A DNA stretch of 64,000 nt, taken from Octopus vulgaris. Its lineage: Eukaryota. Positions 31,998-44,149 of the stretch are shown in pieces. The number at the start of each line of letters is the position of its first letter. The stretch's first letter is position 1. A program made the position numbers and the translations under genes. The stretch covers positions 69,874,001-69,938,000 of the forward strand of contig OX597832.1 of the NCBI GenBank assembly GCA_951406725.2, given 5' to 3'. The notes beneath the pieces are model-generated. The model was not told the origin of the DNA and searched no databases. It saw nothing but the letters and a program-made list of their open reading frames with translations.

Positions 31998-32680
31998 AGT
32001 GTGTGTGTGCGTGTGTGAGAATGTATGTATATATATATATATATAAATATACATATAGTCATGCATCCATATGTATATATATATACACACACATGCACAC
32101 ACAAACGTGCATATAAAAGTGCGAGATAAATGGTTGTGTTTGTGTTTGATTGAATGTGTGTATGCGTTCGTGTGATCGTATATATACGTGTGTGTGTAAG
32201 TATGTGTGTATTTGGGCTTTTGTAGATGTGACTGTGTGTATGGTTGTAGGAGCAGAAGTAGATTACAAAATTCGATCTCATCAAATGATAGTCTCATACA
32301 CTGAGATCTCATAGAGAGTACATATGTAAATCTTGTATAACCACATATCTCCCCACTCGGTCGCTCGCTCGTTCACTCACTCACTCATTCAATTACTCTC
32401 TGTTTCTCTCACACTTACAGACACACATACACTTATGTGTGTATGTATATATATATATATATATATACATATGTGTGTGGTGGGATGTGTGGGCGTGTAT
32501 GTATATATATTAATGTTTGTTCTTATGTTCCGTTATAATAAAAACCATTTTACATTAATCTGATAGGTTATTCTATACATTTGTAAAGTACAAATTTATT
32601 ATCGTTAAACAAAAATCTTTTTTACAGTGATTTCGAAGTCACTGTCGGCATCATTCTTACTTAACAGTAATGTATATAAA

Positions 32681-32819
<139 letters not shown>

Positions 32820-32849
32820 ATATATTTATATATATGTATATATAACGGT

Positions 32850-33183
32850 TAGGGTAAAGGCCCCACCACCAGCACTTCAGTCATGAACGATCTGGGGGCT
32901 GCACCCAGAAAGTTCCCCTCCGCGGCACATGTCCAGGTAAAGCTGTTTTATGGAAGATCACTAGTTGTCGACGAGTATGAGTCTCCCCTTTCTACACCAC
33001 CGATGTTATACAAAGGAAAGACAGAAGCTGATAAAGCTTAGCACCCTCGACGTCACAATTCTTTTCTACAGTTGAATAACTGAAGCAATGCGAAATAAAA
33101 TATCTTGCTCAAGAACACAACACACATTCTGGTCCGGGAATTGAACTTATTAACTCAGGATTGTAAACCCAAAGCTGTAACCA
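32850..33183 (-). mobile_element. tRNA-derived SINE (third family), near full length
   Basis: Homologous to 34122-34385. Reverse-complement box B AGTTCAATTCC is followed by GTGTTCTTGAGCAAGA..TTTATTTC. Confidence 0.75.
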
Positions 33184-33326
33184 TATATTAATATTTCGTT
33201 TAGGCATAGTGAGACTAATAACCTCGTGTAGGACTCAATATGCGTATGGTCTGGAAGACAATATTATATGAGTATAGAACGGCAATAGAAACAGAGCTGA
33301 CGACGGAAAAAACAAATGTTATATAA

Positions 33327-33420
33327 AGAACTTTATCAGCTAATAGCTGTTTCTGCTATAAGATAGAGTGTGCTCTTAGTTGAGTACCAGGATAACTTCT
33401 TATAGCTTTATCAGAGTCTT
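33327..33420 (-). ncRNA. Degenerate hammerhead ribozyme with long stem II
   Basis: Reverse complement CTGATAA-a-GCTATAAGA...TCTTATAGC-a-GAAA-CAGCT(ATT)AGCTG-ATA. The core and cleavage positions are altered. Confidence 0.45.
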
Positions 33421-33688
33421 GAATATGAAGTGCACATTCTTTAGGGAAATTACATTTTCAGAACATACAAGCATAATAATATCAACAACAACAACAAAAA
33501 TAATGATAATACTATACACATTCTACATATTCTATATGTGTATATATATGATTCTAATCCAGAAACGTACGTCCATAATAAACCGAAAACTGTTTCATTT
33601 CATTATTTCCTTTTTTTTTTTGCCATATGTGAGTTACAAATATTGTTGTCTGTGGAGACATATTTTTGTGAAAAACAAAATACTAGTA

Positions 33689-34012
33689 ATTAATTGTTAT
33701 CGCCATATTAATATGGCAATCTTATAGATATAAGACTAAAAGCTGTCGCTGATTAGCTCCATGAGGCCATCGCCTTAAGATAGTTATTTGACACACAAAC
33801 TGTGTCCATTATAACCTTCGAAGGTTATAATGGACACAGTTTGTGTGTCAAATAGCTATCTTAAGGCGATGGCCTCATGGAGCTAATCAGCGACAGCTTT
33901 TAGTCTTATATCTATAAGACTGCCATATTAATATGGCGATAACAATTAATTTCCAGTAACGCTGCCGTAATCTCTTTTACAGAGACTTAGTAATTTTGAT
34001 ATTTCTATTATT
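33689..34012 (+). mobile_element. Palindromic mini-insertion with a 3' tail and 12 bp TSD
   Basis: Spacerless palindrome 33688-33951 centred on TTCGAA (about 2 mismatches), tail 33952-34012, AAAATACTAGTA repeated at 33677-33688 and 34013-34024. Confidence 0.8.
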
Positions 34013-34121
34013 AAAATACTAGTACTTTGACTGCTTTTTCTTAAATTTTCGGTATGTGGTCAAGCACCTTGTTGCAAAACCCTTTTTGTTATAATTATCT
34101 ATCTATATATCTATCTATATA

Positions 34122-34385
34122 AAGGGTAAAGACCCCCTTCGGTCATGAATGACCATGGGATTGCACCTAGAAAGTTACCCTCCTAGACACAAGTCCGGGC
34201 AAGGTTGTTTATGGAAGACCAGCAGTCGCCCATGCATACCAGCCTCCCCTCTCCACGCCACCAGTGTTTATCCAAGGGAAAGACAAAGGTCGATACAGCT
34301 TGGCACCTGTGACGTCGCAACTCATTTCTACAGCTGAGTGAACTGGAGCAACGTGAAATAAAGTGCTTTGCTCAAGAACACAACA
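34122..34385 (-). mobile_element. SINE (same family as 32850-33183), 5' head missing
   Basis: Direct sequence similarity to the 32850-33183 copy. Confidence 0.75.
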
Positions 34386-34405
34386 TATATATATATATAT
34401 ATATA

Positions 34406-34782
34406 CTAGCAGTATCGCCCGGCCTTGCTCGGGTTTGTTTCGACCCTTTAGAATTGGAATTAAAATTTTGAATTATGTAGCTTGTTATTCTCTTTAAGTG
34501 AACATTTTTCTGGTTGAAATACACCGAAAAATGGCGACACAGCAGTCAAAAAATCGTAAAAAAAAAATAGGGATTTTCATAGAAAAAAAAGCACTTTTTT
34601 GATGTAAATAATTTTTGGTCTTAACATGGTCCGATTTGAATTTTTTTCTTCTACGGAAGGAAGAGCAAGCCTTCTTCTATCATACTCTCAATTTTGGTCA
34701 ACTTGCGCCGCAGGGTCTCGGAGGAGATAGTGTTAGTTGAAGGCTACCAAACCTGCCATACACAGACAACTTCAGCTTTATA
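34406..34782 (-). mobile_element. Non-autonomous Helitron A
   Basis: Reverse-complement 3' end CCCGAGCAAGGCCGGGCGATACTGCTAG (hairpin plus CTAG). 5' end ..TATAAAGCTGAAGTTGTCTG. Confidence 0.8.
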
Positions 34783-35148
34783 CTAGCAGTATCGCCCGGC
34801 GTTGCTCGGGTTTGTAAGGGAAATAACTATAAAGCATTTTTAGATAGTTATAGCCAAAATATAGCAAAAAAATGGGGAAAAAATGATGGTAAATTTTTTT
34901 GAGAGTTAAAAAGGTGGAGTTGCGTCCCCTAGACAGTCTGTGGTTTGTGTTTCTGATTCTCGACCCCATGTCGAATTTATCGATTTTTTTCAGAACTGGG
35001 GGAACTTTTCAAAATTTTCGCTGCGTTAGTTTTGAATTATGACATTGGGCTATGTGTGTGTCAAGTTTCATCAGAATCGGTTGAAAGCCGTGGTCAGGGT
35101 GAGGGTACAACCAAACAGACACACAGAAACACACACAGACAAACTGCC

Positions 35149-35165
<17 letters not shown>
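34783..35165 (-). mobile_element. Non-autonomous Helitron B, sharing its 5' sequence with the autonomous Helitron
   Basis: Same 3' hairpin plus CTAG as element A. Its body is the reverse complement of 36384-36580 joined to 36955-37006. Confidence 0.88.
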
Positions 35166-35193
<28 letters not shown>

Positions 35194-35544
35194 TGAATAT
35201 ATATATATGTATTATGTATATGTAAATGTACGCATATATATATATATATATATGTATATATATGACTTAATATACATACACATAAATACATACATATACA
35301 GTTGCATTTATGAGTGCCTTTGAGCGTTCATTTTCATCGCTAGTTCTATTCTAAAGTTGAAAGGTAAATTTCAAGAGAAATATAATTTACCTGAGTGCTA
35401 AACGCTTTCATGTCGCTAATTTATGTATTAAATTTACAGTGCAGAATCAAATTACTTAAATACCGCCAATTATCCAATGTTTCCGATAACTTGCATCACA
35501 CAATTTTTGTTTATCATTATTTTTGTTGTTGTTGTCGTTGTTGA

Positions 35545-35595
<51 letters not shown>

Positions 35596-36377
35596 AATTA
35601 TTATTATTATTCCTATTGTTTTTGTCGTCGCATTCAGATTATCTGTCGCAAGAATCAACGTACATATCAAAGTTAGACATGAAATTATCACTAAATGCTG
35701 TTAAACAATCATCATTAATATAACCAAGGTTGTCATCATTGGAAACATTGTCGACATCCTCATCATCATCATCATCATCAACTTCGTCGTCTTCATCATT
35801 GTCATCAGTCATGATCACCATTACCCATTATCCCCAACTAATCTTCGAAAATATTACCAGACAAGGAACCCAAGAGAGTAAAAAGCAATGCAATGATTCT
35901 TTCTATCTGCTGAAATTAGTAAGAAAAATCAATCCCTTTTATATTATGAGGAGGCAAAGATGCCTGTAACTTGGAAAATCGAGCTTTAGATTACAGACAA
36001 ATGACAGTTTCATCCCATTAGATTCATCTTTAACATTTCGTGTTCTTAATTAATTTGACCTGTGGATAAACAACAACATCCTCACCGTTAACTATATCAA
36101 TCCCAAACAAGAGGCCGGGCCTTTATTGTTCTGCTAAGAATTGCAACCATATCAGCCATAAAAACAGCTTACTGAATCTCAAAGCTGAAGACCACATTAG
36201 CTGCTCTGTTCCTCATCCCAATGGTTCGCAATGAGGGAGGTGCAAGACCTTACCTAATATGTTTTATTATTTTCATGTCCTGAACGCTATTTATTTATCG
36301 ATACAATTTTATTTTTAATCCTTTTACAAAGCTTCTGAAGTATTTTAACAGCATATTTTAATTTAAATTTGTTTTCA

Positions 36378-39300
36378 TCTCTCTATATATAAACGGCAGT
36401 TTGTCTGTCTGTGTGTCTGTCAGGTTGTACCCTCACCCTGACCACGGCTTTCAATCGATTCTGATGAAACTTGACACACACATGGCCCAATGTCATAATT
36501 CAAAATTAACGCAGTGAAAATTTTGAAAAGTTCCCCCAGTTCTGAAAAAAATCGATAAATTCGACATGGAGTCGAGAATCTAAGCTTTTTATATGCAACA
36601 CATTTTCTGTCGTAGTTTTCGCAACTTGCAATCGATTTTCACCAAACTCATGGTGAAGCTTAATGTTACCCTAAGAAACTTAATTCTGACGTTAGTTTTC
36701 CATGCAATACCTTACCATCAGAAAAGATCGATAAAATCATGCCATTTTGGGAAATCGCGTTCGAATTCAAGATTACGTATTTTCGACAATATCTTTCACA
36801 AATTGCCAGGATTTTTTTTTTTAATTCACAGCGAGCATCACGTCTGCTCCAAGGAGCTATATGGCCCTTTTTATTCCAATAGGATACTTTATTACTGGAA
36901 AAAATCGGTTAATTAAATTATATGTGGCACACATAGCAAACCGATTTGTGTATTAAACACAAACCACAGACAGACTAGGGGACGCAACTCGACCTTTTTA
37001 ACTCTCTTACACTCCCAAATAACTATCAAACTGCTATCGATAATTCAACCCAACCAATTGCTACCAGGAAGAAATTACATTCGAGACTTTACCCCCAACA
37101 CCGCCACTTCTGCTAATAGCTGCTGCAGCCGCAAGTTATTCGAATACTTTTTTGTTTAAACTTTCTTTATAACTACCACCCCAAACGTTTTACCTTAAAT
37201 TTTTGACGTACCTTAAGGGTCCTCGGACACTACTTGCAAACTCTTGGTTTATTATAAGCCGCTTTTGTCGTGTGCACCAAAAAACCTTTTCCATTCGTTT
37301 GTTCAGTTTGGTCACTTTTGACTTTTTCGTTGTTGTTACTCACATTGGTGCCCGCTTTTTTTGCCGTTTTTGTACATTTTTATACATTTTGGGATACTTA
37401 CCCCACGTGTTCCTTTTTATTACACCTTTGCCAAACACATTGCTATCCACCAAAATGCCACCCAAGAAGACAAGGACCCTCCTCAGCCCTCGAACGGCCA
37501 AGGCATCGGCTGCTAGGGCTAGAAGGGCACGCGAGACCCACGAGGAAACCGCCTTGCGCCTCTCGCAAAAAACTTCCCGTTCTGCCGCTGCTCAGGCATC
37601 TGAAACTACTAGCGACCGTTCTACCCGAGTTGCAAGGGCCGCAGCGTACAGATCTTCCCTCCGCTCGAGGTTGACGAAAGAGCAACAGTCCAGCCAAAAC
37701 ATACGGGCTTCTTCCTGTGCTTCCATCCGCAGAGCTCGCAAGAAACCCGAACAAAGGGCCATTCGGAATGCGGCTAACGCCACTAGCACCGCCAGGACAC
37801 GATCTGTCGAAACCTCACAGCAGAGGCGAATTCGCCAAGCTGCTGACGCCGCAAACACAGCCATGGCCCGATCTGCCGAAACACCTCAACAGAGGAGAGT
37901 TCGCCAAGCTGCTAACGCCGCAAACACAGCCATGGCTCGATCTGCCGAAACTCCAGACCAACGAACTATTCGGATATCCAGAGATGCCATTAACACTGCT
38001 TCTGCTAGGGCTTCAGAGGGTGCTGAGGCGAGAGCTGAAAGGCTTTCAAGGGATGCCACTGTACCGCTGTCGCACGCGCATCTCAATCTGCTGAGGCACG
38101 GCGCACTCGACTTGAGAGTATCAACCAACGTCGGGATATCATTCGTGGTGTACGTACCCCTGCCCCCGCTTTCTGGTCGTCACTAGCATTCAACTACGAC
38201 GCCACAATTAACTTCTCCTTGCGTGACGACATCAAGATAGGGTCAATGACAATTGTATGCCAGTTTTGCAAAGCCAAGAAATGGCCCGGAGAGCCACCTG
38301 GTTTGTGCTGCTCTGGTGGCAAAATAGACCTGCCACCCCTACGGGAACCACCTCAACCACTGAAGGATCTCGAGGCGGGTTTAACCCCCGAATCGTCACA
38401 ATTCCTTGAACTCAACCGAAAGTACAACTGCTCATTCCAAATGACCTCTTTCGGGGCCAAAATTCCTCCTAGAGAAGGCTGGATGCCTACTTTCAAAGTG
38501 CAGGGACAAGTCTACCATCTTATTGTGTCACTTCTGCCAGACGAGATTCAGCAGTCTTCTATCCTCCAAATCTACTTCATTGCCGACTACAACCAGCAGG
38601 TTGATGCACGCCTTGGAATAATACCGGGTACATGCTATGTTCCCCGCAAAGACGTTCTTCTCCGTCTCCAAACCATGCTTCATGATATCAACAGCTACGT
38701 CTGCAGCTTCAGGTATGCCTTGGACAGTGCTCCGTCTCCAACCTTCACCGTTGTCATTGATGCTGATAAACGACCCCACGGGGAGCACGAACGCCGTTTT
38801 CAACGCATCTGCGTGCAACGAAATTGCCGCAGTCATACACGGAGAGCAACACAACAGCCGTGACATAATCATTTCCTCCCGTGGTAACAGCCTACGCAGG
38901 ATCAGCGAGACTCACAGATCTTATGACGCGCTTCAGTATCCATTGCTTTTCCCTGATGGGAAGACGGCTACTACTTCGGAATTCCTTTACGGCAGCCCTC
39001 CAATCAAACTACTGCGGCATCAAAGACGGTTTCCTGCAGGGCGTTCTACTCATACCGGTTCATGGTTAGGGAGGGTGAGTTCAACTTATTGCCCCGTTGT
39101 CGTCAGCTATTCAACCAGTTCGCCGTCGTCATGGCCGCCAAAATGGAATCGGAAAGGCTGCTATACATTAAGCTTAATCAGACCAAACTTCGCTCCGTCT
39201 CCTACATTCATCTCCGTGACGGCTTGCAACAAGAAAATGACCCTCGCAACATTGGAAAGCCATGCATTCTACCCTCCACCTTCACGGGAGGACCGCGATA

Positions 39301-42300
39301 TATGCGTGAAAGGACCCAAGACGCCTTGACCTACGTGCGCATTTACGGCCGGCCGGACCTCTTTATCACCTACACGTGCAATCCCAACTGCGACGAAATC
39401 ACTCGCGAACTCCTCCCGGGTCAGTCTCACACCCATCGACACGACATCGTTGTTAGGGTTTTCCGTCTGAATTTGGGCAAAATAATGGATTTGATAGTTA
39501 AGGGTCACATTTTCGGGCATGTCACGTGCAAAAGAGGGGCTTGCCACATGCTCACATCTTAATTTGGCTAACTAACAAAATCGAGACGAATGACATTGAC
39601 AAATTCATTTCCGCCGAGATTCCTGACCCCGATGAGGACCCCGAACTGTACGAAATTGTCCGCACTACCATGGTACATGGGCCCTGTGGACAAAATTACG
39701 CCAACACACCATGCTGCAAAAACGGATTAGCCTGCTCAAAGGGATTCCCTAAATGGTTCACTTTGGAGACTCAAACAGGCGGCGATGGGTATCTGCTGTA
39801 CAAACGAAGGAGTCCAGCCAATGGAGGCCGCACGATTACGGTTGGGCGACATCAAGTGGACAACAGCTACATTGTCCCCTACTGTCCTCTCCTGTCGAAG
39901 ATATTCAAATCCCACGTCAACGTTGAGTTCTGCAGCTCCATCAGGTCAATACAATATGTCTGCAAATATAACAACAAGGGCAGCGATGCTGCCATGTTCA
40001 GCATCCAGAGGACCACCAGTCGCGACGAAGTGTCCAACTACTTGGCAGGCCGGTACCTCAGCAGCAACGAAGCGTTTTGGCGCATTTACGGCTTCCCGCT
40101 CCATCAGAGACACCCGGCTGTGGTGCAGCTTGCCGTACACTTGGAAAATGGACAGCGGATTTACTTCACAGAGAAAACTGCTGCGCAGGTATCCACCAAC
40201 CCTAAAGACACAACGTTGACCGGTTTCTTCAAATTATGCCAACGTGATGACTTCGCTCGAACGCTTTTGTACCCCCAGGTTCCATCGTACTTCGTGTGGT
40301 ATAACAACACCTGGGTTCGACGGAAATCCGGCAAAAACGTCGAAGGCTTCCCAGGTGTCAAGTTTGACTCCTGACTGGGTCGAGTTTACAACATCCCGCC
40401 AAACCAGCAAGAATGCTTCTACCTCCGTCTCCTTCTACTTGAGGTTACTGGTCAACAGGTTTCGGCAATATACGTACCGTCAATGGGGTTCTGTGCGACA
40501 CCTTCAGGGAAGCATGTCTGAGACTTGGCCTTCTAGAGGATGACTCCCAGTGGGACGCCACTATGGCAGAGGGCGCTTAACTGCAAACGCCTTCGGCCAT
40601 ACGACATCTTTTCGCAATCCTTCTTCAAAAATGTCAGCTTAGTGACCCACTAAGTCTCTGGATGAAATACAGGGATGACAAGTCGCAGGACTTCTTACGT
40701 ACGGCTCAGCAACACTGCCCTTCCGTCGATATCACATTCACCAACTTCATTTACAATTTTGAGCTTATTCAACTCGAAGACGCAGTCATCGATATGGGTG
40801 GCTCTGCTTTAACGGAGTACGGCCTTCCACCATCCACACGTGAACACTCCAATGTTATGTCTGCTGAATTGTTACGCGAAACTTCCTACTGCATTGAGGA
40901 ACTGCACCAGTACGTCCAAGCTAATGAACCACGACTGCTTCCAGACCAGCGCATAGCCTACAACACCATCGTAGACTCTGTCAGACAGCAACGTAGGGGG
41001 ATTTACCTCTTGACGCACCTAGCGGCACTGGCAAAACCTTCGTCACGAAACTAATTCTGGCGGAGGTCAGACGCAACACGGACATTGCCCTGACTGTAGC
41101 TTCCTCTGGTATCGCGGCCACGTTGCTTCCGGGTGGCAGAACCGCCCACTCTGCCTTCAGACTCCCGCTCGATCTGACAAAGTCCGAGTCACCTATCTGC
41201 AACATCGCCAAGAACTCAGAACAGGCCGACATTCTGCGCAGATGCAAACTCATCGTATGGGACGAGTGCACTATGGCACACAAAGGCGCCCTTGAGGCAC
41301 TGGACAGGTCCCTGCAAGACATCAGAGACTCTACGGGCCCCATGGGAGGATTGACTTTACTTCTTTCAGGAGACTTCAGGCAGACTCTACCTGTTATTCC
41401 AAAAGGAACCCGTGTCGATGCCGTGCGCGCGTGCCTTAAGTCGTCAGCTCTTTGGGCACATGTGCGGCCCTTGCACCTCCAAACTAACATGCGCACGCAG
41501 TTGATTGGTGACAGCGGATCCGCTGCATTCTCCAGGGACCTTTTATCGCTCGGTGAAAATAGGATGCCGTTGATGCGGATGGCTGCGTTCAATTGGACTC
41601 ACTTTGCACCACTGTCGACACCCCTGCTAGCCTCCGGGACGCTGTCTTCCACAACCTACAAAACAATTTACGCGACCTAAAATGGCTGGCAGGCAGAGTT
41701 ATTCTCGCACCCAAAAATACAACCGTCAACTCCATCAATATCCAGTTACTTGAAGTTATTCCTGGTGATGTCCACGTCTACAAATCTATAGATAGGACAG
41801 CAGACCCCGCCGAGCTTGCCGATTATCCTGTTGAATTCCTGAATTCACTTGAACCGCCAGGCCTGCCGCCACACATCCTGAAGTTAAAAGTCGGTGCGCC
41901 CATTATGCTCATCAGGAATTTGGTTCCACCTAAACAGTGCAACGGCACACGTCTGGTTGTGAAACATTTGGCACCACATTTAATAACGGCCACAATACTT
42001 ACCGGTTGTGGGAAAGGAGAGGACGTCTTCATTCCACGCATGCATCTTCAACCGTCGGGCGCTGACCTACCAATCCACTTCAGGCGTTCTCAGTTTCCTG
42101 TTAAACTCTGCTTCGCAATGTCCATCAATAAATCCCAAGGCCAAACGCTACAAGTCGCTGGGTTACATTTGGGCGAACAGTGCTTCGCCCACGGTCAACT
42201 CTACGTGGGCTGTTCACTTGTTGGGAGGCGCAATGATGTTTTCATGTTTTTGCTCAAAGGGACAGCTAGGAACATCGTATACACAGAAGTATTCGAGTGA

Positions 42301-42422
42301 AGAGAAGACATTGCAACCTACACATGCGCCTTCGTTCCCTAGAGGGAAAGGACTAGATTGAGATTAGTCGTTGCCTACTAGGTGCTCTTACATACCCGGG
42401 GATCGCCGGGCTATGCTGCTAG
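36378..42422 (+). mobile_element. Full-length Helitron (RepHel), disabled
   Basis: Starts A|TC at 36378. Ends with hairpin CCCGG-GGATCG-CCGGG and CTAG|T at 42419-42422. No TSD, RepHel coding region inside. Confidence 0.93.
37455..42300 (+). pseudogene. Helitron Rep-helicase: N-terminal 23-aa repeats, zinc finger, HUH Rep and PIF1-family helicase, with multiple frameshifts and stops
   Basis: CQFCKAKKW..CCSGG, YDALQYPLLF, LPSTFTGGPRYM, GRPDLFITYTCNP, QKRGLPHAHIL, YVCKY, GGRTAHSAF, IVWDECTM, GDFRQTLP, QFPVKLCFAMSINKSQGQTL. Confidence 0.95.
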
Positions 42423-42769
42423 TTATGAATTAAATGGTAGATTTACCAAGCATGAGATGATTTTTTTAAAAACAAGAGCAAAACAAATGAAAAAAGATTT
42501 TATAATATAAGGCGTAGAGGTGGGTATTGATACGGAAGTCATGGCCATTCCAAATGAAAGCGATATCTTTAAAATGTTTGGAATCGCTGATTTATACAGA
42601 AAACACATATACAGTGAAAGCAGGTGAGAGGTGAAACGCGTCTGTTCAGCGACCCGTTCGATTAGGAGTGGTCTGTCTTTGGTAGATTTACATACATATG
42701 GCGTTGATTTCTTTTCACGATGTTCCATTTAATTAAATGTGCTATGAAGTTGGTCTTCAGATCTTACAT

Positions 42770-42950
42770 ATGGCTAGCCAACTTTGTGGCTTTATTTTCG
42801 TCCATGTTTCAGAAAGAAGTCTTGTGGTTTGCATAACTGCTTTTAAAATTGCCTTCACATAAACTGACGTAATTCTAAAAGAATAAACGCCAGGCACCAG
42901 TCTTTTTCCGATATGTAGACAAAAATAAAGCCACAAAGTTGGCTAGCCAT
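42770..42950. repeat. Inverted repeat (29 bp perfect, ~50 bp imperfect arms), probable 5'-inverted mini-element
   Basis: ATGGCTAGCCAACTTTGTGGCTTTATTTT at 42770-42798 and its reverse complement at 42922-42950. Confidence 0.75.
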
Positions 42951-43370
42951 TTATGGGATCGATGCATGAAAATACATCGTGAGCATATTTAAGAAATCAT
43001 TTCGAAGAGTTAAATGTCAGAATAACAAGCGACGAATATAATATGACAATATATTTTGGAATACCACAGTTAAACATTTCCATTTGTCAACTTGTTTATT
43101 CCCGGTTTATTTTGGAAATCAAATTCTCAACATTTTCGTGTGGAAATCAATTATATATTGGCGCTTCCTCTCTACCATCGTTTCATACGCTACCACGCAC
43201 ATATATATTCACACTTAAAGATATATACACGTAAAGATCTCTCAGAAACACACACACACACATAAACACGCACACAGACACACACACACAAACACATACA
43301 CACGCACACACATGTATATATATATATATACATATATACATGCATGCATACACACATACATGCACATACA

Positions 43371-43925
43371 TGGTGGCTGCCCCCTCGTTACCGAGTATGG
43401 CCATTGCACGAAGCTTAATCAATGCTGTTATCGTGCAATACCTGTGCAAGAAGATTTTTTTAAAGTGAGGAAAGGCTGTGCACTGAGTCAATCCCACTCA
43501 CTAATCAACAGCAGCCATAATCCGAAAAGAAGAACAAGTCAACATCATCGGTAACCACTGAGCCGCAGGTTTTATGTCGGAGTTATCCCAGTTACCTGAG
43601 TTACCTTCTCCTAGAAGGATACCCTAACGAAGGCTAGGAGTCCTTCACTCCCAATGGTTTAACCGCGCGATCGGGTATTCAGTCCGATTATTTCTATGTC
43701 CCTGCGCATGATACATCCTTAAGATATTTATTGGATGGTCGTTCACTCTCAAGAGTTCCTCCGCCCTTTGACGAGTTTTGTTTTTCATCCCGCACGGTGT
43801 CCAATAAACACCCTCCTCACCAAGCAAGCTTGGCGGGGTTGCCGGTTTAGTCGCCGACGACCCGACCATGCAATAGGTTGTACTGGGTTACATGTTACCA
43901 GTAGCACTCGAAAGTGGCCTGACAT
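43371..43925 (-). mobile_element. Non-coding element resembling an RTE 5' UTR-derived non-autonomous retroposon, embedded in (CATA)n
   Basis: GC-richer island bounded by ATAC repeats. Reverse-complement motif TAGCCTTCGTTAGGGTATCCTTCTAGGAGAAGGTAACTC resembles RTE 5' regions (from memory, not searched). Confidence 0.45.
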
Positions 43926-44149
43926 AAACATGCACATACATACATACATACATACATACATACATACATACATACATACATACATACATACATACACACA
44001 TACGTACATACGTACATACATACATACAAATTCAATAGATTATAGTTTCAAGCCATGAACGAAACTGTAAAACCTTCTAAAACTTTCAAGCAGATTAGCA
44101 TTTAAGTATATATGTTCATTTCTAGACATGCAACTATATGTCTACATAC

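Noticed and set aside
42421-42627. Frame reading ..FLKTRAKQMKK..*..PNESDIFKMFGI, faintly like a DNA polymerase X C-terminus
   Set aside because: It is short, has an internal stop and lacks the key TGS/NEY motifs, so it is probably chance. An HMM search would settle it.
43790-43850. Twister-like words (CCAAGC, GAGGAGGGT) on the minus strand
   Set aside because: They form a simple hairpin, and the twister P2/P4 and pseudoknot pairings could not be built.
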